From positions 27,652,001 to 27,716,000 of the forward strand of contig OX597821.1 of NCBI GenBank assembly GCA_951406725.2: DNA of 64,000 nucleotides. The letters run 5' to 3'. The stretch is from Octopus vulgaris. Taxonomy: Eukaryota. Below are positions 12,907 through 24,109 of this stretch, piece by piece (the stretch's first letter is position 1; each line of letters opens with the position of its first letter). Below the pieces are notes generated by a model that searched no databases, was not told the origin of the DNA, and saw nothing but the letters and a program-made list of their open reading frames with translations. A program made the position numbers and the translations under genes.

Positions 12907-13948
12907 TACCACGCAACACGCATGTCATAGGAATGCTACAGTGAATAACTGTGGTAACAAAATACAGAATATAATAGATATATTTCGCTTTTAACTCGCC
13001 AATATTGAGTAAAGTTCATAAGAAAGCTAAGATGATAGAGCATGCATAGTTAATAACGATCTTATTTTGTCGTTTGATAAGATTCCTACATACAATGTCA
13101 TCAATGCTCGTGATATCGATCTGTTCGTTTATTCAAGGTTTATTTGTTCTGGTTTCGGTGGTAAGGGAAGAAGGAGAATTTGTGGTGCAGTTAGGTCGAA
13201 TTTGCCTATTGTCTGATTGTAATTGCACGAACTACAGGGCTCTGTTGCACGTACGTACACGACAAACACATGCAATTACTAATTCAATGCATTAATCATA
13301 GAATAGATAATCTGCATTGGAACGAGATTGCTTACACACATGCGAAGATGTATGGATCCGCACATAAAAAATATACACATACATATATACACCTACAAAT
13401 CCTTATATTAACAGTTACGTATGTATGTATATATGCATGTATGTATGTATGTATGTATGTATGTATGTGAGTGTGTATGCCTATCACTGTCTTTCTCTGA
13501 GACACTATTTTGCCCACTACATGTACGTTCATGCATACATATATACATGCATGTACATATACATGCATCCATGCATATATTAAGAGAGAGAGAGAGAGAG
13601 AGATAGAGACGGAGTGAGATAGAGAGAAGGGACAGAGATGTAGAAGAAATATATACGCACGCACAGATACACACATACACACACGTGCATCTTACCAACA
13701 AATTTTAGAAATTGTACTTAGATTTGCACTTGCACATGTAGATGTTTGGGTAGATGCAATATACTATTACTGCTGCTGCTGTTGTTGTTGCTGCTGCTAC
13801 TACTACTACTACTACAACTACTACTACTACTAATAATAATAATAATAATAATAATATTAATAATAATAATGATAATAATAGTAAAATAATAATAATGATA
13901 ATAATAAAAATAATAACATTAATAACATTAATAAAATTGTAGTGCCTC

Positions 13949-13979
<31 letters not shown>

Positions 13980-14132
13980 CAATACACCTTGAAGCTGCCT
14001 AAACCGAGATACGTCTCACAATGGCGAGTAAAGCATCTTCAATTTCATTTTGTGTGCCTATGTCAAAACGAATGCAATAATAATAAAAAGAATAGGAATA
14101 ATAATAATAATAATAACAACAACAACAACAAC

Positions 14133-14195
<63 letters not shown>

Positions 14196-14602
14196 AAGCA
14201 GAAGAAGCAGAAGAGGAAGAAGAAGAAGCGGAAGAAGCAGAAGAGGAAGAAGAAGAAGAAGAAGAAGAAGAAGAAGAAGAAGAAGAAGAAGAACAACAAC
14301 AACAACAACAACAACAAGGATATTCATATCCTTATGCGGGCAGGAATATTCGAATAGAAATACTTAGATGTCCTCACCCCCTCGACTGCGCTAGAATTTC
14401 AGTTCAACGGCGCCATAAGGATGAATGTCAAAGTTGATCTTGGTTTTACCTATACTCAAAACGAAAAGAGCCGGAAAAAAATCAAGCAAGGCACGTTGTC
14501 CAATCATGAAAAGATTCTGATATTCCACATGACATAATATATATATGACCATCCCATATTCTTACATACACACCTACTCAAATATATATATATATACATG
14601 TA

Positions 14603-14673
<71 letters not shown>

Positions 14674-14698
14674 GGTACCAAAAGCATGTCTCTCCCTC

Positions 14699-14763
<65 letters not shown>

Positions 14764-14987
14764 CCTGCTTATATATATATAGGTATATAATAGATAGATA
14801 GAGAGAGGGGAGGAGAAGCATTTAGTTCAATGGACACTTGATCTTTTGCTTTTACTTGAAATGTTCCCCTTAATCTACATTTTACTGCTTTCATCATAGT
14901 CAGCCATCATTTCACCAACACTATCTATCAAGATATGTTTATGCCTCAAAAAGTGATTATGAATATAAATATAAATATATGTATATA

Positions 14988-15062
<75 letters not shown>

Positions 15063-15065
<3 letters not shown>

Positions 15066-15218
15066 ACGGGCTTCTTTCAGTTTCCGTCTACGAAATCCAC
15101 TCAGAATGCTTTGGTCGGCCCGAGGCTATAGTTGGAGACACTTGCCCAAGATGCGACGTAGTGGGACTGAACCCTGAACTATGTGGTCGTTAAGCAAGTT
15201 ACTTACCACACAGCCACT

Positions 15219-15221
<3 letters not shown>
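15063..15221 (-). mobile_element. tRNA-derived SINE 5' half (family also at 18382-18545, 34681-34837, 38600-38745)
   Basis: Minus-strand head GGAGTGGCTGTGTGGTAAG (A box) ... GGTTCAGTCCC (B box), followed by TTGGGCAAGTGTCT; multi-copy in the window. Confidence 0.75.
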
Positions 15222-15305
<84 letters not shown>

Positions 15306-15794
15306 TGTCTTGTTTACTCCTATATATGAATATCTGCGAATATGTGTTTCTCTGTGTGTTGATGGATGTAAGTATTTATGCATGCATATGTACATTGTGC
15401 TTACGTAACAGACTAAAAAAAGTGTTTCGTATGCCTGTGTAATTGCAGATTTTCTTTATCTACACAGAAGCAAATGCATACATGAATAACTATGTTGAAC
15501 GCGAAATGCATTTCTCGGAATATGAATATGCGTCTATTTTCACATTTATTAGTAAATGCGTATGGCTCTTTAATAGAATCACTGTTACAGTGTGTTCAAA
15601 CTTCTACGTATAGTGACCAAGTATGCATATCTGAAGAAGGAATATCATATATATATAAATGTATGTGTGTACATAGATTTAATATATTAACCTCGTAAAG
15701 TGCTGCATGCACCCAACGAAATACTGTTTCAATACTGAATATGTTTGGAGAATGACCAATGACTCTCCATATGGAATTTTACGCAGTAAAATTC

Positions 15795-15829
<35 letters not shown>

Positions 15830-15830
<1 letters not shown>

Positions 15831-16157
15831 TAATTGTTATCGCCATATTAATATGGCAGTCTTATAGATATAAGACTAAAAGCTGTCGCTGATTAGCTCC
15901 ATCAGGCTATCGCCTTAAGATAGCTATTTGACACACAAACTGTGTCCATTATAACCTTCGAACAAGGGAGGTCAGCCGCTTCACACTGCCAGTCAGACAG
16001 CTACAGACGCGTTTCAGGGTATTTGCCCTTTGTCAATGTAGCGTAGTCGACCCAGCAGGTGTCGCCACTAATCGTCTCTGTTCGGAGGTTTTATTTACCT
16101 AGTTTCGGTGGAATACATCCTCTTGTTTTCAATAATAGTAATTTTAATATTTCTATT
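15830..16157 (-). mobile_element. Short HHR-bearing element between (TA)n tracts, with a chain of hairpins
   Basis: Bounded by (TA)n. HHR at 16000-16042; hairpins at 15842-15857, 15858-15877, 15906-15924 and 15930-15946. Confidence 0.65.
16000..16042 (-). ncRNA. Minimal type I hammerhead ribozyme, U3-A8 core variant
   Basis: Minus strand: GCTACA-TTGACAA-AGGG(CAAATA)CCCT-GAAA-CGCG-TC-TGTAGC. Perfect 6-bp stem I, 4-bp stem II, palindromic stem III, GUC triplet. Confidence 0.8.
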
Positions 16158-16167
16158 ATATATATAT

Positions 16168-16345
16168 AGGGAGAGTTTACGAAAAAAAATACAAAAGACG
16201 AAGACAGGTGGTGTACAAAACAAACAGACGTATTAGTATAACGCTCAGGAATAGAAAAAGTCTTTTACGTTTTGAGCCTACGCTCTCCTACAGAAAGGGA
16301 CACAGAAAACAAGGAAAGGAAAGAATGTGTGTAGTGGCTAACGAG
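16168..16345 (-). mobile_element. Short HHR-like element (same family as 38368-38543)
   Basis: Reverse complement of 38368-38543. Decayed core at 16262-16297: CTTT-CTGTAGG-A-GAGC(GTAG)GCTC-AAAA-CG-TA-AAAG. Confidence 0.65.
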
Positions 16346-16993
16346 AAAGTTATTTCCGATTCCACAGGGGACTAAAGTGAATTACTCATTGTATTATATA
16401 CATATATATAGATAGGTTTAAGAGATCACCTTCTACTACGCTCAAATTTCAAGTCAATTCGGATCGGTAACTATTATCATATTGTTGGACAAAATGAAAA
16501 TGTGTTTGAAATTTGCACGCGACTCCCTAAAATAATTTTATTACGTTTCTTGAACTTGGAAACATAAGTTGTGAAGTTGTGTATAAACATTGGAGGAAAC
16601 TATTTCCCAGAAGTCAGTTCGTATTAAATCTTAAGTAACTCAATAAATTTACTTTTCAATGTTCCATTGACAGACGACATGTTTGGAGCTGATTATTCAG
16701 AGATCAATGTATGTAATGTGTTAGAAAGTTTCACTTAAGTGGCAGCTCGTTCAAACTTTCTTTCACATTCAGTGTATTGGCTTTAATATGTAACTAATCT
16801 TTCGGATTGTTATCCCTGCTCCTAGCTACGATAATGCAAAATAAGGCAAACAATGCTGTTTTTGTGCTTGTAACTTTTAACGTCTTGTGGAATATAAAGA
16901 TCTTTATGAAGAATTCGTTTAATTGTTTCAATGCTAGGATTCTTGTGTCTCTTTTAGAAGCAAATGAGATTATTTGTTTTCAACTCCCTCTCC

Positions 16994-17436
16994 GGATCTT
17001 TTCGATTTGAACGGCAGTTTTTTTCTCGCGGTGACATATGAAAGTGTCACTCATAATTATGACCCTATAATCGGTCTATTGTATTTCAATCTCTTTTAGG
17101 GTTAGGGTTAGTTAGGGTTAGGGTTAGTTATGGGTAGGGGTGGGGGAGGGGTATATATTTTTCTTCACAAATGTAAATAAACCCAATCTGTTTCTTAAAC
17201 GAGGGACATATTCATACGGCACATAATGCTTTTTAACTCAATAGACGTCACTGATTGGTTGAAATAGCAGAAATTGCAGAAAACAAACAACATATATCTG
17301 ACACACTATAGATTTTTCTCAATACAGCCAAGAGAAAAAGATGTTTTATAAACACATTCTACCAGTATACGAAGTTTAAAATGTTTTAGTTACCTAGAAA
17401 TTGTGTTAAAAACTGCCGTTCAAACCGAAAATATCC
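16994..17436. mobile_element. Non-autonomous TIR DNA transposon (Merlin-like termini) with internal TTAGGG repeats
   Basis: TIRs GGATCTTTTCGATTTGAACGGCAGTTTT / AAAACTGCCGTTCAAACCGAAAATATCC. Perfect 8-bp TSD CCCTCTCC (16986-16993, 17437-17444). GTTAGG/TTAGGG repeats at ~17095-17140. Confidence 0.8.
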
Positions 17437-17589
17437 CCCTCTCCTCTCATCTGCCATTACACAACTTAAACTGAATGATGTTTTATGTCTTAAAGATATG
17501 CTACTGTAAAAGGCAATCTCTTTATATGTAATTATCTCTGATCACTTCTTTGAGAAGTTGATATAAATTTCAGTGTATATCAGCTGGAT

Positions 17590-18060
17590 CAAATTATGCA
17601 TCAGCGCCCGGAAGGTAAATAACTTTCGGTAGGATGATGATAACTTTTATATTGTTACCTCGCCCGTTGAGAGTCAGAGACTGATTGACAACTTCAGACG
17701 AGTCTATAGTGAGTTTGTACAAGTCATTAACTTAAAAAAGAGAAGAAAAAACCCAAAATATAAAGATCATGGCATTCGTGTAGGAAGCTGGGTAGCTTAT
17801 TATGCATTGCCATTATACAAGCGAGAAGAGTTTCACATGTTCACGAAGTCTTGGTGCAGGAGGATTAGCATTGTGACACTAAGTAGAATATGGGGTGATT
17901 GTGCCACCTGCACACGTATCAATCTGGATTGTTATGAAGTCTGATCTGCCAGTAATATTATATAGAGTGAAGCTTGTTCACTAAGGGAGACATATATGAG
18001 GCGACTAAAAGGGTTCAATATGGCGTGGAAGAGATGACGCTGCAGATCATGTAAGTGACG
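17590..18060 (+). pseudogene. Highly decayed LINE (RTE-like) AP-endonuclease remnant
   Basis: CACCTGCACACGTATCAATCTGGA translates as HLHTYQSG, resembling the RTE motif HL.TY.SG...QIDY; many stops. Confidence 0.3.
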
Positions 18061-18091
18061 TTTGAAACAATATTTTCACTTTTGGAATAGA

Positions 18092-18317
18092 TTACTCTTT
18101 TACTCTTTTGTTTCGGCCATTTGATTGCGGACATGCTGGAGCACCGCCTTTAGTCGAGCAAATCAACGCCATGACTTATTCTTTGTAAGGCTAGTACTTA
18201 TTCTATCGGACTCTTTTTGCAGAACCGCTAAGTTACGGGGACGTAAACACACCAGCATCGGTTGTCAAGCGATGTTGGGAGTACAAACACAGAATACAAA
18301 CATACATACACACACAT

Positions 18318-18380
<63 letters not shown>

Positions 18381-18545
18381 TACGACGGGCTTCTTTCAGT
18401 TTCCGTCCACCAAATAAACTCACAAGGTTTTGGTCGGACCGAAGTTATAATAAAAGACACGTGCCCAAAGTGCCACGCAGTGGGAATGAACCCGGAACCA
18501 TGTGGTTGGGAAGGAAGTCACTTACCACACAGCAACTCCTACGTC
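18092..18545 (-). mobile_element. Full-length tRNA-derived SINE with an internal (CA)n(TA)n microsatellite
   Basis: Head at 18382-18545 as in 15063-15221; 3' part at 18092-18290 ends in AAAAGAGT repeats on the minus strand. Confidence 0.7.
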
Positions 18546-18823
18546 TGAAAAATAAAAAAATTGGAAAACGATGATCAAATGATGAAAACTGCAATATTTT
18601 TTGTCATATTAGCGTGCATGCGAGAACGTACTATATTGACGTGTTTTACTCTTATTGCTTATTTTTAAACACCTTTTTAGATTTTTTCTGTATTTTCTTG
18701 TGCATGTGCGTATATAGACATATGTATGAACCTTTTTTTGTGCGCGTGTGTGTGTGCGAGCATGTATGAACAAAATAAAAGTAAATTAAACGAACGGGTA
18801 TAAACAAGGGATACAGACAATAC

Positions 18824-19131
18824 AGGCACTCCCCCACACACTCACGCACTTACTAAACATAGACACACATTGGGTTGTACGCAGGCGCAAACAAAGACAC
18901 ATGCAATAGGAATACAAAATACAAAATGGCTGATCGTTAGAAAACGAAAGACACACAAATAAGAAAGAAGCAAATGACCACTGATGAGGTCACAAAAGTT
19001 TGACGAAAGAACTCTGACCGAAATACTAGTAATGTAGAAAATAGAATAATGCTGAAGCATATTGACACCAAATATATAGTGCGTGTGTTTTTATTGGCTA
19101 AACTGGCAACATGACCATCCCCAAATACAAC
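18824..19131 (+). mobile_element. ~300-bp HHR-bearing element (second copy 58559-58854)
   Basis: Collinear with 58559-58854 (TAAACATAGACACACA ... ATTGGCTAAACTGGCAA ... AAATACAACA). Confidence 0.75.
18976..19019 (+). ncRNA. Type I hammerhead-like motif (partly decayed)
   Basis: GACCA-CTGATGA-G-GTCACA(AAAG)TTTGAC-GAAA-GAAC-TC-TGACC. Canonical core; mismatches in stems I and II are partly restored in the 58695 copy. Confidence 0.55.
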
Positions 19132-19142
19132 AATATATATAT

Positions 19143-19337
19143 AGTTAATCCAAATAAGAAAACACAGAAAAAAACACAGCAACGCGAGGACGTGGAACAA
19201 TTAAAGTATTATTTGACGCTCAGGAAAGAAGGGAAGGAGGGTTTAACGTTTCGAGCGGAGCTCTTCGTCGGAAACAAGGAGAAGGAAAGATCCCGAGAAG
19301 GGAAGACAGAGGAAAAAAATATTTTTGCTGGTGGTGC
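19143..19337 (-). mobile_element. Short HHR-bearing element related to the 16168/38368 family
   Basis: Shares GTATTA...ACGCTCAGGAA and the GAGC/GCTC stem with that family; flanked by (TA)n. Confidence 0.6.
19241..19275 (-). ncRNA. Minimal type I hammerhead-like motif, U4C variant
   Basis: Minus strand: GTTT-CCGACGA-A-GAGC(TCC)GCTC-GAAA-CG-TT-AAAC. One extra nucleotide before stem II; palindromic ACGT stem III. Confidence 0.6.
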
Positions 19338-19355
19338 TCAAGAGATCACATGTTG

Positions 19356-19426
<71 letters not shown>

Positions 19427-19982
19427 TTATATATATGTGCGTTTATATATATTTTTTGTTGAAATATATTTATATATATATTCATATATGAATATATATA
19501 TACACTCATGTATATGCACGCACAAACCCACTCATATATATGTATCTGTGTGTGTGTGTGTATTACAAAGTGTACGTAAGTCCAACTTAATATTGATCTC
19601 TTTATAAGTCCGGAACCAAGATGTCTCTTCCAGATGATAGTGGAATGGCTCAAACCTGAATATGTCAAGCATTTGTTTTAATGTTCATGAAAGTAACTTT
19701 GAATCTAACTGTGTGATAGTTGTACACCAAGCACAATACATGTCCTAGTGAATATACCAAAAAATGAATGTCAATTGCTATAAGTAGACAACAGCTATAC
19801 AATTCAGGGAATACATAATTCTTTAATGTATTAACCATTGCATAAATGCTATTTATAATTAGTAAATACTAATGTCGAGCCCTTTGTAACGGGAATCCAG
19901 AATGGAAAGAGCCAATATCAGTTCCAAATTTTTTCTGATATACGCTCCTTCTATAACCCTAATGTATGTTGATACCCGCTGA

Positions 19983-20056
19983 TTAAAATCCATTTGATGG
20001 TCCAGGTTCCATCTGCACGACATCATTTGAAGCAATATATTGTCTTATACTCTCAC
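19983..20056 (-). CDS. Possible terminal coding exon of an unidentified minus-strand gene
   Basis: Acceptor-like TTTTCTTCTTCTAG followed by a phase-1 frame ESIRQYIASNDVVQMEPGPSNGF* in non-repetitive DNA. No homology recognised and no partner exons established. Confidence 0.15.
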
Positions 20057-22246
20057 CTAGAAGAAGAAAAACTAATAGAAATATTCTTCAACAGCATCCG
20101 TAAAGAATATAAGCAATTATATATTATATTTCATTACCACATTTATTTATAAAATAAAATAAAATACGCAAGTTTAAATAGTAGGCTAAACCAATATTTA
20201 TGAAAATAGTGGACCATCAACGCCACTAACGGAAGGAACGACTACTCTCTACATTGTTGCTCGAGCAGCTATTTCAAGGGAAGGTACTCAGTTCATGTCC
20301 CAAATTATCAAGTTATAAAAAAGAAAAGCATATTGAAATATTTTGTTGAAAAGAAACAAAGAAAATGAATGTCTGACATGTGAAATCGGAACCTGCATAC
20401 AAGAATTTAATGCGGCATTCTACTGTCGTTGAAATCATCTCTGTAAAATCATATTGCCTTATGGCATTCTAGTTTGTAACAAATAGAATATCTGTGGCTT
20501 AAGAAATGATCAAACGTGAGTTGAAAATATCTTAATCTCATATGAAATCAATTCTTTAGAATTTTAATTTAATAGAGATTTTAATCAGAATGGTTATAGA
20601 AAATGTTATTCCACTTCCGAAGATTTGAATAAAATGTCTGTATTTAAAAAATCTGTTTACATTTAATCATGAAACTATAGATGTAAATATAAAGTTTGGC
20701 CTCTACAAATACTAAGAGGATAAGAGAGAGACAAGACGCATATATATCCACGAAGAAGAGCTTTTACGAATTTGAATATAATGAATATTTACGTGTAATA
20801 AAAAGGTGGGGGGTCATCTTGAAAGAAAAATAAGAAAGTATACCAAAAAAAGTTTGAAGTTTTGTGCATAGATATTGGATATCAAATACGAAAAACTGTC
20901 ACTGTAGAACAATGCATTTAATTTGGGAATGTAAATCATAAAAAATAAGAGAAAGCCATGTATTAATAATCTAGCGTTTTCTCAGGCGAGAATAAAGAAC
21001 ACATATACGGGAACAGTATCAAATAACACAAAAGATACATTACCATGACGATAAATGTGAAATATATATTTAATGATATTGTTGATAGAGGCTTAGAAAT
21101 GGCAATATGTGAAAACCACTTGGTCTATTTGACTAAAGATTGTCTCAGAAAACAATCTTGAATATTTAGAAACGATTAAAGACTCTCTCTATATATTTGC
21201 AAATAGATTTACTTTCTTGGTGACCAAACATAGTAACAATGAAATGATGTTTGTAAACAGTGAACAAGAATGCTTACTTATTTTAAGGAATGACCAGGGC
21301 ATATTTTCCAGATGCATGTACCTATGAAAACTGAATTCTGAATTTCGAGAAAACACCAACAGGAAACCACAACGAATTCCAGTCATACATTCAAGAATAT
21401 ATCGATTCTACAGAGACAAACGAAACGATCAAATCTGAGTTCTGAAGCCTGGGAGAAATTTAAAGTGTGTCGCTAATAATTAGTTGGTAGTTTGGTGGTC
21501 CTCACTCTCCTAGCCTTAAAAAAAAACAATCCCACAGTGTGCTATGCATGACATTCGGAAAAGAGAGTCCGTTCCAAATGTTTGAGAATCTTTGTCTATT
21601 AGGCAACAATTACTCTAGGCCCATTTTGTCTTTCAGCTATGTCCGAGGTAATTGATAAACTATTGCCGATAATTCAGATTAAATTCTGTGTCTGGAAATC
21701 AACAATCTTTTTGGAGGTGTATTGCTCGACTAGGAAAAATGTCACATCTCTCAATCTCTCTCACCCCTCCCTTCTTTTCACTCTGTACATTTGTGTATAT
21801 GTTCGTATGCATGCACGCACACACACACAAACACACAGACACACACATATATATCCGAACGTTTAAGCGTAATTATATATCAATTGTGCTATCTGCCTAA
21901 CGATCAGTGTCGACATTCTTATAAAAACTTGCTCGTAACAAATTTTGAGTAAAACGTCTAATTATTATATAATTACATACATCCACTGCATTCTCCCTTT
22001 GATACCAAATGTGTTTTTTTCCACTATGTCAAATATACACTTAATATAAATCGCACATCTTACATACATGACATGCATATACTTCCTTTGATACAGATAC
22101 TTCTATTCTTGCACTCATTCATATATGTGTGTGTATGTAGGCATTTTTGTATGTATGTCTGTAAGTATATATATATGTATGTATATATGTATGTATGTAT
22201 ACATGTATATATGTATGTATGTATACATGTATATATATATATATAT

Positions 22247-22453
22247 CACCGTGACCGCCCAGGCTATCAGATGTTGCTACACATTGCTGGTCACAATGCG
22301 CTTCGCATTGTTTTAGCCTTCAAATGACGCCACCACGCTGGCTAAGCGAGCAGGCCAATAGAAGAAAGAGTGAAAGAAAGTTGTGGCGAAAGAGTAGAGC
22401 AGGAATCGCTACCACCTCCTGCCGGAGCCTCGTGGAGCTGTAGGTGTTTTCGC

Positions 22454-22455
<2 letters not shown>
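22247..22455 (-). mobile_element. 5'-truncated tRNA-SINE (body shared with the 37282 and 60167 SINEs, different tail)
   Basis: Minus strand GCGAAAACACCTACAGCTCCACGAGGCTCCGGCAGGAGG...CTCTTTCGCCACAAC matches 60258-60330. Confidence 0.7.
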
Positions 22456-22538
<83 letters not shown>

Positions 22539-22704
22539 GCGTGGACCCGTCGATGTCCACTTTGCCTTTCATCCTCTCGGGGTCGATAAATAAAGTACCA
22601 GTTTCGTACTAGGTCAGGTAATCGACTTTATCCCTTTGTCTGTCATTGTTTGTCCCCTCTATGTTTAGCCCCTTGTGGGTAGTAAATAAATAAATATATA
22701 TATA

Positions 22705-22958
22705 TAGCGTAGAAGGTATTTATAAGCCTTTTAAGAAACATACACTTCAACATTTAAATTTAATTGGCCAAAATATTTTTGTCACTCTGAGACCCCGACC
22801 TGTTCATTGACAAAATTCCGTGCTGCACGGAATTTTGTGAATCTAACGAATTTTGTGTGTTTCTTAAATGGGCTATAAAGACCTTCCACACTTCAATTGT
22901 TTTCATTCCAGCACACGATCTCAGACCTGGTCACTTGCAATGCAAGTACATCTCCGTA
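22705..22958. repeat. Second copy of the fold-back element (cf. 775-1092)
   Basis: ACAAAATTCCGTG(CTG)CACGGAATTTTGT hairpin and a shared tail; (TA)n on both sides. Confidence 0.6.
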
Positions 22959-23033
22959 ATATATATATATATATATATATATATGAATAAATGAAAGAAT
23001 GGAGTTGAACGACAAATTAACAACTTTCCTTTA

Positions 23034-23116
23034 TTTTCGACATATGCTTCGAAGCCTGCATATTCCTAATTGTGAAGGAATAAGGAGTACATTATGCCGC
23101 TTTCTAATCAGGAAAA
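23034..23116 (-). ncRNA. Decayed type I hammerhead with a long stem II
   Basis: Minus strand: TTTTC-CTGATTA-GAAAGC.GGCAT...ATGCA.GGCTTC-GAAG-CATATG-TC-GAAAA. Stem I 5 bp and palindromic CATATG, with two core substitutions (G8U, A15.1G). Confidence 0.5.
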
Positions 23117-24033
23117 ACAAGGAATTTATGTCAACATCAAGATTCACAAAAACTTTCAGATGACTGCTCTCACGGAGCGCATAGCGATAATGAGTGTCTC
23201 TTTAATATTCCTTTATAAGGAGTGACGTCAAACTGGTTGAATGTAGAAAATTCTAGAAGGTTCTAAAGGTTCAAGAGTTCAAACGAAGTAGGGGAAGAGA
23301 GGCCTAAGAAAGTAAGGTGATATGGAACAGGTCGTATGTATGGTGGGTTTTGTTAAATTCTTTTGTGAATGAGTGTCTGTGTGAGTGAATGAATATAACT
23401 GTATTAATAATGCAGTTATATGCATTCACTCACATTTCTGATGTGAATTTGCTACCCAGGTATCGGTTAAATGAATTATCCATAAAAAGATATTTCATTT
23501 TTCTACTCAAATATATATATATATATATATATTTAATAATTTATTTCATATATACCAAAAATGTACATATTTAAAGAAACATTATTTTAAAATGGTTCAG
23601 CTGCAAAGCGTCGGTCATGCTGGAGCACCACCGCTGACTAATCTACACCATTATATGAAACCTACCCTGATATGTGGCATTTGGTCAATGAGAGAGTTTG
23701 ATGCTGCTGCCTTCGCCAGTTACACAGAATATAAATTATATCAGGAATTAGAGAAGATGAATAACAGAGTTTCATCCTACATCTATTTGTTGGAACTTGG
23801 TTCTCGAAAAAAAAAACTGTAACTTGATTACATCATCAAATAAAACCAGACTCCGACATTCTCTCAAAATCTCTCAAATGTAGAATTCTTCCCTAAAGAC
23901 GGAGGCTGGTGTTATCCGATGATAGAATCAAGTTACAGTCATTATTTGGGAAAACCAAGCACTCAGAAACAACTATTGAACTCGGAAAGCTCTTATTCAG
24001 CATCTGATACCAATTATATACTGTGTAAGTCGG

Positions 24034-24087
<54 letters not shown>

Positions 24088-24109
24088 GCAGAAGGAGAAA
24101 TAGCAGTTA

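Noticed and set aside
17095-17140. True telomere or chromosome-fusion site
   Set aside because: Only a few degenerate units, lying inside a TIR element with a TSD.
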